From assembly GCA_951406725.2 (NCBI GenBank), contig OX597815.1, forward strand, positions 101,308,001 to 101,372,000: a stretch of 64,000 bases of DNA, in the 5' to 3' direction. The notes under the pieces are model-generated. The model was not told the DNA's origin. It searched no databases and was given only the letters and a program-made list of their open reading frames with translations. The translations under genes and the position numbers were made by a program. This stretch comes from Octopus vulgaris. Its lineage: Eukaryota. Shown piece by piece: positions 25,247 through 38,061 of this stretch (position 1 is its first letter; each line of letters starts with the position of its first letter).

Positions 25247-26190
25247 TTCTCCCCTTACACATCCACAGCACTAACCATGCTCTTCGTCTTTTCAACTCTT
25301 TCTCCTTCCCTCCTGGCCTCTCTAAACTTCCCTTCACTCTTGACATAAAGAGTCTATATACGGTGATCCCACACCACGAAGGGTTTCTTGCCCTCAAACG
25401 CTACCTAGATCTTCGACCTAACCCCCCAACCTGACACGTCCACAATTCTTCGTCTGGCCGAACTTATTCTCTCAACAGCTTTTCGGTCGCGAGTGAGTTT
25501 TACCAATATGTCTCGGGAGTGGCCATGGGAATGAGAATGGGTCCCAAACTATGCAAACCCACACCCTCGCATCCCCACACCCCACTTTCATATCCCCACA
25601 CTCCAACATCACCACCACACTTCGCCACACACCACCACACCACAAACCACATTACAACACCACACATCACCACACCACAACACATCACACCACAACACAA
25701 CACACCGCACCATCATACCACCACAACACAACACACCTCACATCACTACACCACAACACCACATCACACCACTCCGCACACACTAGCATTGACCACTTCC
25801 CCATCCACACACCCACACATTACAGACGCACACACTTACATATGCACACATCCATACGTCGTCACCAGCCCCTATCCACAAGCACACACTTACAAACTCT
25901 CACATACACACGCACGCACACCTTCGTTTTGGGATCACCAATACTTTATTATGTCCCCTTCTTCTTAGCCCTTCTGTCTAATCACCTCTGTCCAGCCAGC
26001 CGCCATGATCGACCGCTGTTCGCTAAAGCTTTTTTATTCTCTCTGTTTATTTTATAGTGTTCCTTTCTGTTGAAGAGCGTAAGCTCGTTACGTAAAATAC
26101 TTTCTCATCTTCCCGAGCGTTAAACTAATACACCTGCGTGTTGTTTATACACCTGTCTTCGGCTTTTATTTTTCTATAAATTCCAATTAT
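25247..26190 (+). mobile_element. Penelope-like element remnant (RT fragment, CA-rich spacer, terminus with degenerate HHR)
   Basis: Frame-broken [21 protein letters not shown]...TILRLAELIL...FYQ.VSGVAMG.RMGP (PLE RT motifs); HHR-like motif at 26064-26097; flanked by (TA)n. Confidence 0.8.
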
Positions 26191-26212
26191 ATATATATAT
26201 TTGTGTGGGTCT

Positions 26213-26405
26213 GTGTTTGTCCCCACCAATCATCGCTTGATAACTGATGCTGGTGTTTCAATGACCCCCGTAACTTAGAGGTCCGGCAAAAGAGACCGAC
26301 AGAATAAGTACTAGGCTTACAAAGAATAAGTCCTGGGATCGATTTCTTCGACTAAAGGCGGTGCTCCAGCATCGCCGCAGTCACATGACTGAAACAAGTA
26401 AAAAG
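26213..26405 (+). mobile_element. SINE family A 3' body (other partial copies at ~17400-17510, ~22645-22845, ~63500-63680, degenerate head ~44450-44570)
   Basis: GTAACTTAG.GG..CGGCAAAAGAGACCGA.AGAATAAGTACTAGG...GGTGCTCCAGCAT shared among the copies. Confidence 0.75.
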
Positions 26406-26577
26406 GAATAAAAAAGAATAAAGCAACAAGAGGACGTACATATGGAATGTATTAGCTTGACTCTCACCACGTTTAAAGGATAGCTCTTCCCTAGAAAGAG
26501 GAGAGAGGGAAAGTTCAGAGAAGGAAAACGTCCACGAACAGCTCGTGTGTGGTTACATGACAGAAGTGAACAAAGTT

Positions 26578-26970
26578 TAAGGCGACCAGCTGGCAGAATT
26601 GTTGGCACGCCGGGCTACGTTCTGAGTTCAAATTCCGCCGAGGTTGACTTTGCCTTTCATCCTTTCGGAGTCGATTAAATAAGTACCAGTTACGCACTGG
26701 GGTCGATATAATCGACTTAATCCGTTTGTCTGTCCTTGTTTGTCCTCTCTGTGTTTAGCCCATTGTGGGTAGTAAAGAAATAGGTATTTCGTCTGCCGCT
26801 ACGTTCTTAGTTCAAATTCCACCGAGGTCGACGTTGCCTTTCATCCTTTCGGGGTCGATAAATTAAGTACCAGTTACGCACTGGGGTCGATGTAATCGAC
26901 TTAATCCGTTTGTCTGTCCTTGTTTGTCTCCTCTATGTTTAGCCCCTTGTGGGCAATAAGGAAATAAGAA
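26578..26970 (+). mobile_element. tRNA-derived SINE family B (core GACTTTGCCTTTCATCCTTTCGGGGTCGATAAA), tandem two-unit copy
   Basis: Head GGCGA.CAGCTGGCAGAA (A box), GAGTTCAAATTCC (B box), core repeated twice. The core resembles the conserved Meta/MESC-type SINE domain (from memory). Confidence 0.85.
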
Positions 26971-27670
26971 GTGAGCGAAGTGGAAAGAGATAGAGCAAGT
27001 GGTTTATTGGAACGGAGAGTGCAAAGATGGCCAGTGTGTGTGTGTGTGTGTGTGGTAGTATCTGTGTACGTGTGTGTTTGTGTTTATGTGAATGATGTAT
27101 GTGTAAGGGTGTAGGGTCGAGTAGACGAACAGGTTAGTGGCCAAAGTTCGATTCGGTGGTGAGAAGCGAGAGACGAGGTGAAGAGTGTGTGAGTGTGCGG
27201 GTGTTTCTGTGTGTGCGTATGTACATATGAAAGTGTGTGCGTGTGTGCGTGGGGGACTATATATGTGTGTGTGTGTGCGCGTGTGTATGTGTGCGCGCGC
27301 GCGCGCGCGTGTGTGAAGTGAGGTGACAGGTGTGTGAGTGCGTTGGTGTTGCTGTAAGTGCGTATGTGCTTGTGTTTGTTCGTATGAGTGTGTGCGGGCA
27401 TGTGTGTATGTGTATGTGCGTATGAGTGTTGTGTGAGTCCATGTGTGTGGGCGTGTGTGTGTGTATGTGTATGAGTGTGTGAAGGCGTGTGTAGAGATGT
27501 GTATGTGTATATGTACGTATGTGTTTGTGATGCGTGTATATGCGTGTGAATGTATGTCTGCGCGTGCGTGTGTGTATATTGGTATGTGCGTGAGGAATTC
27601 TTTTTATAATGTCAGGATATGTAAACCTGTGTGTGTGTGCGGTAGGTGTGTATGTATTATGTGTGTGTGT

Positions 27671-27703
<33 letters not shown>

Positions 27704-27849
27704 AAACTATGTATGTGGGAGTGTGCGAGATAGATAAAAAGATAAAATAAAAAAATTAATTAAAAATAGATCTTTTTTTTAAAGTGTGTGGAAGATGTCA
27801 CTAGAAGGAGGTGGTAGTGTTTAGTCAAAATGGAGTTTGGGTTTAAAGA

Positions 27850-28145
27850 ATGAAGACGTAGCACTGTTCAAGACGAAGTCTGGTGTTGGTGGATTCTTGG
27901 TGCAAGGCCAGGCCGAAAACAGTGACGTGTGTTGTGGAGTGGCCGGCGCAGCAAAGATGACAGACGACGGGGGTATTTTTTCCGCAGGTGGACGTCACGT
28001 AGATTTTCGGTGAATCGGTTGGCTAGCCGAATGACCAACACATAGACTGTTACTAAGGGTACATTGAATACAACATACCAGATTAGATGAGGTGCAGTAG
28101 AATGAGTCCCGGATGTAGAGGGTGTGTTGGTACAAACGGGCACGT
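27850..28145 (-). mobile_element. Penelope-like GIY-YIG endonuclease fragment
   Basis: IRDSFYCTSSNLVCCIQCTLSNSLCVG followed (frameshift) by RLANRFTENLRDV, matching the PLE pattern F.C.S.NLVY.I.C..C..LYVG.T...L..RF.EH. Followed on the minus strand by a CA-rich tract like 25560-25920. Confidence 0.75.
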
Positions 28146-31100
28146 ATAGAAAATTTCTGTCTATAATTGATTATAAATTTTGATTGAAAATAAATGTCAT
28201 TACTTCTAATACTAACTTCTAAAACAGTGATATTGTGTCTACATCTACCTACTCCCACCTCTAGATTTCTATTTTGAGGATTTAATTCCAGATCTCTGTT
28301 TCATGTCTAAGTATTTTAAAATTTTCGGTCTTTAGAGCAAATTTTGTAACATTCCTTGTTTTTTATTTTTAAATCTGTCTGTCTTATTATGACCAAATCT
28401 TACTAAAAATATCTTTCCTTATAAGAAGGTTATTTAGAGCATGTTTTTCTTGTTTTTTTCCCCTGTAACTTTAGTCTTCTAGAACGGTTTAACTATCCAA
28501 TTGTCACAACTAATTTCACATTGTTCGCATAGGAGAGTAATAGAGATCAACCTAAGATCTTTCGACTCCCTGCATTTTAGAAGCAAATTTATCGAAAGTT
28601 AGGATCTTACACCACCTCTCTTGCCCTCCCATGTAGTCTCCATCAGTTAGCTAGTTGATTTCCACTGTTTTATTTCACTGCAAGTATATATTTTAACCGT
28701 GTATATTTTGAGTCTAACCACTGAAGCAATCATTAGAAACATGATAATTTTCTCAACTACTATCCAATTTGTATTTTTTCCTTAAATTTTGCCAACCACA
28801 GTTCTTAAAATAACTGGTTATTAAGACACCTACTCAATTGCTCTTGCTTGCTTCATGTAATTGTATTTTTTATTCAGGACACTTTTCGCTCAATGAAAGC
28901 AACGGTGTGTGCTTAAGATAAAAACTTAAATACAGTTTCATTGCTTCATTGTCCGATTAAAAATCACTGTTGTAATGAATTCTAATTTTCGCTTTGTTAG
29001 TTTTCATCTCTTAAATATATTCGTAGACGAATGTTTTCACCGTTGTACAAAAAATGCTGTCTCCTCACTATTCCTCTTCTATCGCTACTACAGTGATCTC
29101 TGCTTGTCAGGGTTAGCTGATCTCATGCCACCTACAATAAAATTCATCAGATACATTCTCCTCTCGTTACGCATTTATATCACTCTAGCAGACCCCATGC
29201 TAACCACTTTTCTCGGTCATTCCTACCCCAGAACGTCATCAGTGTAGAATTCCCTCCTCATCTATGTTTTTACTACAGCCATTAAGGTGCTATTGTTGAA
29301 GAAAAAGAATCGAGTTAATTTCTTTCATTTCGGAAGGCCTGCGAAGGCCACGGACCCAACACTTTACTCTTGGTAAAACATTACATATAAGATTTACAGA
29401 TAAAACATTTTCGTAAGTATTGCAAGAAACAGAGGCTAATTTAACTACGAAATACGTGAATTTGATGAAGTAGAATGACATGTGCAGTCTGTCAAATACA
29501 CAACAGTAGAGAAGAGTAGAACCCTTATTTAGAGAATGAAAGGAGGCACGTTTTAAGAGGAAATATTTGAAAAGTTCAGAGATTCTTGTGGAGTCAATTG
29601 TATGTCAAACAATAGCTACTAATGAGGGAAAATGCCGACTATAATTGTTAATTATCACTTAATGTTAGAGAGAAGATAGCAACAATATCCTTGTTGGCCT
29701 TCTAATCTAGGGTGGTCGATACAATTCGTGCTCAGGTTAAAATTCTGTAGATTAAGGTTTAAGAGGAAAAATGGGTACGTAAGGAGTTCCAGAGACTTAA
29801 AAGTTTTGATGAATTCTGATGGGCGTTTTATTATTTATTCTTGGGTTCTTAAGAGTAAAGCAAACAAGTACATCATCAAAAGACTCCATCAACAAGATCC
29901 TCGGTATACTCATATACAATAGATGCACCTTTAGCTTTGGGGTTGTAGCTTTCTACATCCTATTATTTGTACTTCCAACCATTAATCATCACCTCCAAGT
30001 TTTTCTGTTCTGGCCATACGGCCGCAGACATTTCTTAACTTCTACTCATTACTATTGACAACGCATGCATCAGTTTCACGAAACACACTTATATACAGAC
30101 CTCATATCTACTCGCAGAATCCAGATATGTGAATAATATACTAATTCTCAGATCTTCTGGAGAGGTAGACACAATATGTAAGATGTTCTCTAATACTGAT
30201 GACCACGTAGAATTCATAGGACACCTCAGCGGGACAGAGTCATTCCCTCCACTGATTTTAATCTCAGAATCATTGGAAGAGAGTGGTAGATATTTTCAAG
30301 TTTAAAGGAGCAGAAACCAATGTAGTAGCGAGCCAAGGAACAAAGTGAAGAGAGAAAGAACATCAGCAGGTTCGTTGTTGGAATGTGATAAGTATAAACA
30401 TTTACTTTTAGCCAAAGGAATCATTTTGATTTTCGACGCGACCCATGTCATTCAGTTGTGACATAGACACCTTCTAGGGCCTTTATGTAGGAACATCCAG
30501 GATGGGACAGTTACGAGAAAAGAGAGGTGTACCAATACTTGTACGTATCACAATTGAGTTGACTGGAGTAAAGTAGAATGAAGTATTTTGCTGTTGAAGG
30601 TACAACGCGTCGCTCAGTCCAGGTAAAGAAACCACGACTTCATGATCATAATTCAAACACCTTGACACTATGCTAACATCTGATGTGCCCCTTCTGATTG
30701 GAGAGGATTTAGTTGTTACTGCTAACAGGCCAAACAATCTAACAGGCCACATGAAGACCACCCCGTTGGTTCGTATTGTTGTTTAGTCCCAGGTTGGTTC
30801 TGACTGAGCAAACCATTGACAATGCATCTAGGATCACATGATCCAATATGTTCTTCCACTGATTAGACGGCATTGCGATTTGAGGGTGATTTGGTTGCTA
30901 TTTTAAGTAGATCGGTCCACAAAGTAAACGTTCTTTCGTTTGGCTCGGCGTGTAGCTGTATAATGAAATAATTTATTCTAACTACAAGGATATAGGTGCT
31001 TCTGTCTTTTCTACAGCCCAAAATTCTTATTTTTATCACTAGCTGAGTAGTCTGCTGCCGCCCTACTTCTAGGTGTACACACTAAACATCTTCGTTCTGT

Positions 31101-32759
31101 TAGCAAATCCTGTGTGTAACAAGATCGAAAATCATTTCACGAATTATTTTACGCAATCGTGGTCTTTGTGGTAGTTGCGTTGACGGAGAAGTAATTCAGA
31201 TAAACAGCTGTTGCTAGTAGGTGGACAACGGTCGTAAGTAGTCCACCAAGGTCAACCTTAAGTTGTTTATAGTGAATAGTTCACCACACATATGAACAAC
31301 GATGACGATAGAAGGCCGATGCCTCGTTAATCCGGTCAGATCTCTCTTCATGCACTAATCTCTATCGAAAATTGCAGGTAAGAACTGTTTCTACAAGTTT
31401 TGTGATTAGTCAGATTTTCTTTTTGAAAAGTAAAAGCTTCGTTAAAGCTTTATCGTAATAGCTATAATATCCGACTCTTTATTAAAATGAAGTTATCGAC
31501 TAAGGTGCAAGATTAATATGTTAACGATGCCTATTCATTTGATTTCAGGTAAGACATCTTTGATCTTAACTAGAATAGCATTTAGCATTCTCTTGTTAGT
31601 GCCAGTCATTGTTACACTGCTGCCACACTGAGTTAACGTTCTTTATGTTTATATATCATTGCAACGATTGTCACAACTAATTTAGACTGGAAGCTATTTA
31701 TCGGCTTCGAGGCGATGAAAAGCAAAGTAGACCTCGAAAAGATTTGAATTTAGGGAATAAAAGGAAAGTAACCATATACAACAAAGTATTTTGTACCACG
31801 CTCTATCGATTTCAACACCTACCCATCGGATATATATCCTCATTATTTTCTCAGAAATCTTATCTGTTTCACAAGTAATTTCTATTGTTTATGAGAGCTT
31901 GTTGCTGCAGGGTAGCCACTGAAATTAATTCTGTGAACCCGATTTCAATTTCCAGTTAGATCTGGTAGATTTATAAAAAAAATATGAGATCGTTGCCGTT
32001 CTCATATTTCTTTAAAAGCAATTGTAATCCACCCCGCTGTCTCTCTCTCTCCTTCTGTCAAATTGTGTTGCTGTAGATATTATGACTCACATTGTTGTTA
32101 TGGTTATTCTTGTTAAGGCGGCGAGCTGGCAGAATCGTTAGCATGCCGGGTAGAGTACTTAGCTGTATTTCTTCTCGCATTACGTTCTTAGTTCAAATGT
32201 CGTCGAGGTCGACTTCGCTTTTCATCCTTTCTGGGTCGATAAATTAAGAACTAGTTGAGCCGACTCACCCTCGAAGTAGCCGACTCACCCTCTTTCACTC
32301 AAATTTCAGGCCTTGTACCTATAGTAGAAATGATTATGATTGTTGTGGTTATTCAGCTCTAGGTCGGATCCTCTTCGCGTCCTTTGCATAAGCAAGACTA
32401 CATTGTCCAATGTGTCTGTCCATTTTACCAGACCAGGCACATTCTAGATATGACCAACCTGCCTTATATGTGTGCGTGCGTGTAGTCGTAGATGAAATTT
32501 GAAAATGTGTTCCGACATGACTATATTATCAAATGTTTTCTTCCGCTATCTAAGACAGTATGTTGTGATTTGAGGGTGATATGGATTGTATTTCTAGCAG
32601 TGTGAACGACCGGCGAGAAGTTGTCATGTTGGTCTGTTGTTGGCATTGTTGGTGTTATTGTTGAGTTGATCTTGTTTTCTATTATTAATTTCACGTCAAC
32701 AGAAAGCTTTAGGAAATAAAATGTTGCCAACTTTTATCTCTGCCACACCCCGTTGATAT

Positions 32760-33125
32760 TACCAACAACACCACGACCACCACCACTATCATCAACAACA
32801 ACAACGACAACATTCTCTAAAAACATTAGCACTACTACAATAAAAATAGTCACTAACCCCTCACAATGCTTTTAACCTAACACCACCACCATCACCACAA
32901 ACAAAAGCAGCAACACTCCCTCATCGACAACGATCAACACCACTACCACCACCATCACTATCATTACTGCCGCCACCGCCGCCACGACGATGACGACGAT
33001 GACAACAACAACGACGACAACCACGACAGCGACGACGACGACGACGGCGACCACCACCACCAACAACAACAACGACACCATTATCTTTACTATCAATATT
33101 ATTATCAATACTGAGATGACTACCA
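32760..33125. repeat. Compound ACC/AAC/GAC trinucleotide low-complexity tract
   Basis: Direct inspection; produces spurious poly-T/poly-V ORFs. Confidence 0.8.
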
Positions 33126-33805
33126 TAGCGAAAAGTTTCGAAAATGTCCATCTGTTTCATTGTGAAACACATGTCCTTTTTATTAAACAAACTTGTGTTG
33201 ATCTCAAATCGAAGCTCTACTTTACTAAGTGAAGTTGTTAAAATAAATAATGCTCACATTTAAGAGTAAGTCTTTTTGATTTTTGCTTTTGTTTGTCATC
33301 TCGTTGTTGGTCCTGATTCACAATATATTTCTCTTAATTACGGGAATGAATTTCTGTTGACAGAAACTGTGTGGAAGTTCGCCCTTCGAACTGTTCCTGT
33401 TGTTGGGTTTTAAATGCTATCCGTAACCCAGCTGAATACTACCACCTGGTCTTTGGGTAACTATACTAGAGTCCATTCTGCAACTAGTATTCGGTGCAGG
33501 TCTTCTGCTTGGCGATGAGTTCTTCAATTCCTTCCCTTAACCATCACTACTCCGGAAGCTTTGAAAGAGAATCGAGATTGCCCTCTTCTTTTGACTTCTC
33601 TCTCTCTTCTGTCTGCCTTATCTCTGTCTTCTCTCTCTCTTTCTGTTTGTACATATATACGTATGTATGTATGTATGTATGTATGTATGTATGTATGTAT
33701 GTATGTATGTATGTATGTATGTATGTATGTATGTATGTATGTATGTATGTATGTATGTATGTATCTATCTATCTATATATGTATATGTGTGTGTGTATTT
33801 GTATA

Positions 33806-33870
<65 letters not shown>

Positions 33871-33905
33871 GATTACTTCAGTTAATTTTCCCCTTATTCT
33901 TACAG

Positions 33906-34442
33906 GAAACTGGCAAGAACGATGTTCCAAGACAATCTATGGTTCCACCCAACGGGTTAAAGCAGCATCAAAAGTTTTGATTTTGATTTACCACTGTCCT
34001 TCCTGCTGTCCGTTTTGATTTGTCGCAGATCTTGTGAAACTGAAAGAGGATTTAACAAAAAAAAAAAAAAAAAGAAATAGAGGAAGGGTAAGAGAGGGAG
34101 GGAGAGAGAGACAGAAGAAAAAAGTGGAAAGTAAAAAAGAGATATGAAAATTAAGAAATAAGATCGAAAACGGATTTATGAAATAAAAATAACGATAAGA
34201 ATAACGAAACCAAAAAAAAAAAAAATTTCTCAGGGCGATAAAAAAATTATGCAACCGAGATACTGACTGATTGATAAACAAATAAAAGAAAAGTAGTTTT
34301 AAAACAAATAAGAGTTAAAAGAAAAAAAGTAAAAGTCTTTCGATAGCAATTTATCATTTATTTTTTACAATAACTAAAATAATTGCTGTTGAATATCTTA
34401 TCGTCTGCTTTAGTGATTTCACTTCTGCACCGGTACGATTAA
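33906..34442 (+). other. Probable 5' UTR part of the first coding exon (spliced from an upstream non-coding exon)
   Basis: Pyrimidine tract plus AG (ttttccccttattcttacag|G) at 33904-33905, followed by A-rich non-repetitive sequence up to the ATG. Candidate upstream donors CAG|GTAAGA at 31377 and 31548. Confidence 0.4.
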
Positions 34443-34813
34443 ATGGCGTTACACCATATGGAGAAGAAAAACGGAGACGAAGGCGAGCAAAACATGCAAC
34501 AGCTTTTTTGGGCATGTGATTTAGATGGTTCCGGATATATTGACCAGTCTGAATTAGCGACAGTATGTACTGACTTGTCAACGGATGAGCTAAATAATGT
34601 ATTCGAAGAATTGGATACTGACGGAGACGGACGCATTAGTGTTGACGAATTTGCTCACGGTTTCAAAGAAATCAGTAGTTCTCTACTTCAAAAATCCCGT
34701 GAAAGGCGTCGCAAGAGCCTTGCGGATCTAATGGACGAAGAAGATATTTTCAAAGAGAGTTCCTGTAATGAATTCGTTGGTACCTTAGAAGAAGGGTTTA
34801 AATGCCTGTCTTG
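34443..34813 (+). CDS. RASEF: First coding exon of a RASEF/Rab45-CRACR2A-like large Rab GTPase (two EF-hands)
   Basis: ATG at 34443. Two canonical 12-residue EF loops, DLDGSGYIDQSE and DTDGDGRISVDE. Donor TG|GTAAGC at 34813/34814 (phase 2) joins in frame to the exon at 56717. RASEF is preferred over CRACR2A/RAB44 from remembered similarity of the downstream coiled-coil exons; the Rab domain lies outside the window. Confidence 0.85.
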
Positions 34814-36757
34814 GTAAGCAATATTTTCTTTTATATATTTTATAACTATATTTAAACAAACGAGGTCTGTAATCTGTACTGGGATATCAACTTTATCGCT
34901 GTTAAAATTAAGCCATACGCTAATTAATATAGGCGACGTGTATTTGGTGTCAAGATTAGTTGTTAGTAATGATGTAGAATTGCATTATAGTGTTTATGTT
35001 GAAGTACAACATAATATAGTATTTGTGTTATGGTATTGCAATGCTACAATATTACACAGTGTGATATTACAACACTATATTATTACACAGGCAGCGAACA
35101 AACCGGACAAAATGCTTTGCAGTACTTCTTACATTCTGAGTTCAAATATCGCCGAGTTACACTTTGCCTTTAATTTTTACGGGGTCGATAAAAAAAAGTA
35201 TCAGTTTTGCACAGAGGTCAGTGTAATCGACTAGCCCCCACTTCCCTTGTGCCTATAGTGGAAACATTTATTACACAAAGCTGTATTTATGCTACACACT
35301 TATAAATTGTGATTAAGGAGGTGGGCTGGCAGGATCATTAGTTAGCATGCAGTACAAAATGCTTAGTAGCATTTTGTCCGTTTTTACACTCTGAATTCAA
35401 ATTCCGCCGAGGTCAACTTTGCCTTTCATCCTTTCGGAGTCGTTAAAATAAGTACTAGTTAAGTACTGGGGTCCGTGCAATTGACTTGTCCTCTCCCCTA
35501 AAATTGCCAGCTTTATGCAAAAATGTGAAACCCTTATTGTAAATTTGGATTTTTATACTATAGTATTGCACAATGAGATATTTATACCGCATTTGAAGTA
35601 TTTATGCTGCAGTATATTATATGGTATTATTGAAACATTGGAGTCGATGTTATCAACTAATCCTTCCGCCCCAAATTTCATGTCTTTTGCCTTTAGTAGA
35701 AAAGATTATTTACATGAGAGTATTATATTTATGTGGTATTTATGCTAAAGTATTACATAGTATGTTGACTGTGTTATCGTTTTACATAATGTGCTTAGAG
35801 GTTAAGCTGTAGTATCAAAATGCTATAACATTACGCCGTATGGTATTTATGCAATGATATTACAATACTATTGTATTACCAATTTTGATATTTGTGTTAT
35901 ATTATTACATAATTAGTATTTATTTGATGGTATTTATACAATAGTATTTCATAATATAGTATTTATCCTACAGTATAACAGTTTAATATTTAGCTGTAGA
36001 ATTACATACAGTGGTGTATATGCAATAGTATTAGAATGGTAGAATATTACATAAACTGATGTTTATAATGTAGTATTATATAATTTAGCATTCCGCGAAA
36101 GTTGAATTTGCCTTTCGGCTATTGGGGATCGATAAAATAAGTACCAGTTCGGCACTGGAGTCGATGTGATCAACCTTCACTTTCTCTCAACATTGCTGGC
36201 CTTGTGTTAAATATCAGAAAGAATTAATGTGGAATCTTTGCTATAGTATTATGCTGTGTGGAATTTATACTAAGGACGATGTAGTGACAGACGAGAGATA
36301 GCATCGTACATTCTCAATTCATTTCGTTTTAAGGTCGAACTTCATGTGCATCCCTACTATTGTACAATAACATCTTAGTACTAGTCCAGCTATCTATATA
36401 TCTTAACCACTGCAACAACGATGGCGAGCCTTTTTGCACAACGTGTGGAAAATATTGTTTATTTTAATAATTCTGATATTGGCGTGTGGATTACATGTGT
36501 TTTAGTTATAGACAAATATTCAGGGATATGTTTTTGTATAACATGATATTTCAGGAGGATACTTTCTTTTCGAAGTCCATCGCTTGTTACTTAAAAACCC
36601 ATAGCACGTCATAAGTTTATCATCTCTACCCTACAGTGTCAATTCAACTAAGTATGCTTCCTACAGATGTATGTGTGTGAAACTAATGTGAAATATGGAC
36701 AGGAAAACAAAAGCATAAAAAAGGAAACACAGAGGCATGGATTAATAGTGAGAGTGC

Positions 36758-36801
<44 letters not shown>

Positions 36802-37080
36802 GTGAGAGATAGTGAGGGAGAGAAATAAAAGAGACAGAGTGAGAATGTGTCGTAGCATGGACGTATGTATATGTTCCAGTATATATGTATATGACGAATG
36901 GTCTATTTGCTTGGACATATTGTTTAATTGTGCTTATGTATTTATACACATGTAAAGGTGTATATACTTTGCTTATGTATGTATATATATATATATGTGT
37001 ATATAGTTATTTGTTTATATTTATATATATATTAAATTGTACGTGTATCCTGTTTCATGAATTTATAATTTGAAAGTTCT

Positions 37081-37205
37081 TTATAATCACTGACGAGGCC
37101 TACACCCTATTTTTATATGCCTACAACTTCAATATAACTGACAACTATAGGCACTGAAAAACTACTTTTTTCCATAGGCTGAAACAGCTATAAGAGTGAT
37201 TATAA
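37081..37205 (+). ncRNA. Near-intact hammerhead ribozyme with branched long stem II
   Basis: TTATAATCA/TGATTATAA stem I (4-nt bulge AGAG); core CTGACGA; stem II GGCCTA/TAGGCT enclosing an inner TGCCTA/TAGGCA hairpin; GAAACAGCTATA (one change from palindromic ACAGCTGT). Confidence 0.65.
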
Positions 37206-37385
37206 TGTTTTCAATAATTTATATAAAGATTTTTATAATTGTATTCTTATCTTATATGCATTGAATTATAATGTATATATGTATGTTATTAAGGTTCTCG
37301 TTTTTGTTAAATAAATAAATAAGTCAACATTCTAATACCCTAAAGTAGATGAACCAACTAAATTGTTTCTCCATTTTCTTATTTG

Positions 37386-37440
<55 letters not shown>

Positions 37441-38061
37441 TACCAAGACAGCCTGATTGGAATTATAAACATACGTCACTGGCAACTTACATTTATCACC
37501 TCAAGATTAAAAATATATCCTATCTCCTGGTCTGTCGTTAAGACTGCAATACTGTACTAGGGAAGAGGAGTAGCGTGTAATTTATGTTACCGAAAATCAC
37601 TAGAAATGTTATTAAAAAATGGAAACTTTCTTCTTAACAAATTCTGTGACGTATTTACTTTCTGTCAATATAAATTGCTCAAACCCTTTTTTTGCCAGAG
37701 ATCGATTTACTCAAATCAATCTAAATACGCCTTAATGTTTAAAATTGACCTTTCTTCTCTCTTAATTATTCCCCACCCCAAGCTTTGTTTTACTCTCAAC
37801 TACATAACCTGGTTACTTTTACGACCTCCCTTCATTTCGGCTGTATCTTGGAATATATTGTACTTAAGCTTTGCTTTCAGACTGGAGTAGACTCTTGTTC
37901 ATCTCACAGCCCTCTTTTTCCTCTTCCCCTTCTCTGTTTTTCTCTTTATCTCTATTCGCCATATTCCCTACTACTAATCTATAAGAAGCATTTATACTAG
38001 ATGCAGCGACAGAATTACAGCGCTTGTCTCTCTCTACATTCTTATAGAGTTTATAATAATG

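Noticed and set aside
25519-26057. His/Thr/Pro-rich mucin-like protein
   Set aside because: Low-complexity CA tract inside a Penelope remnant.
29480-30470. LINE endonuclease/RT remnants on the minus strand
   Set aside because: Coding-like but too decayed to assign a family or boundaries without alignment.
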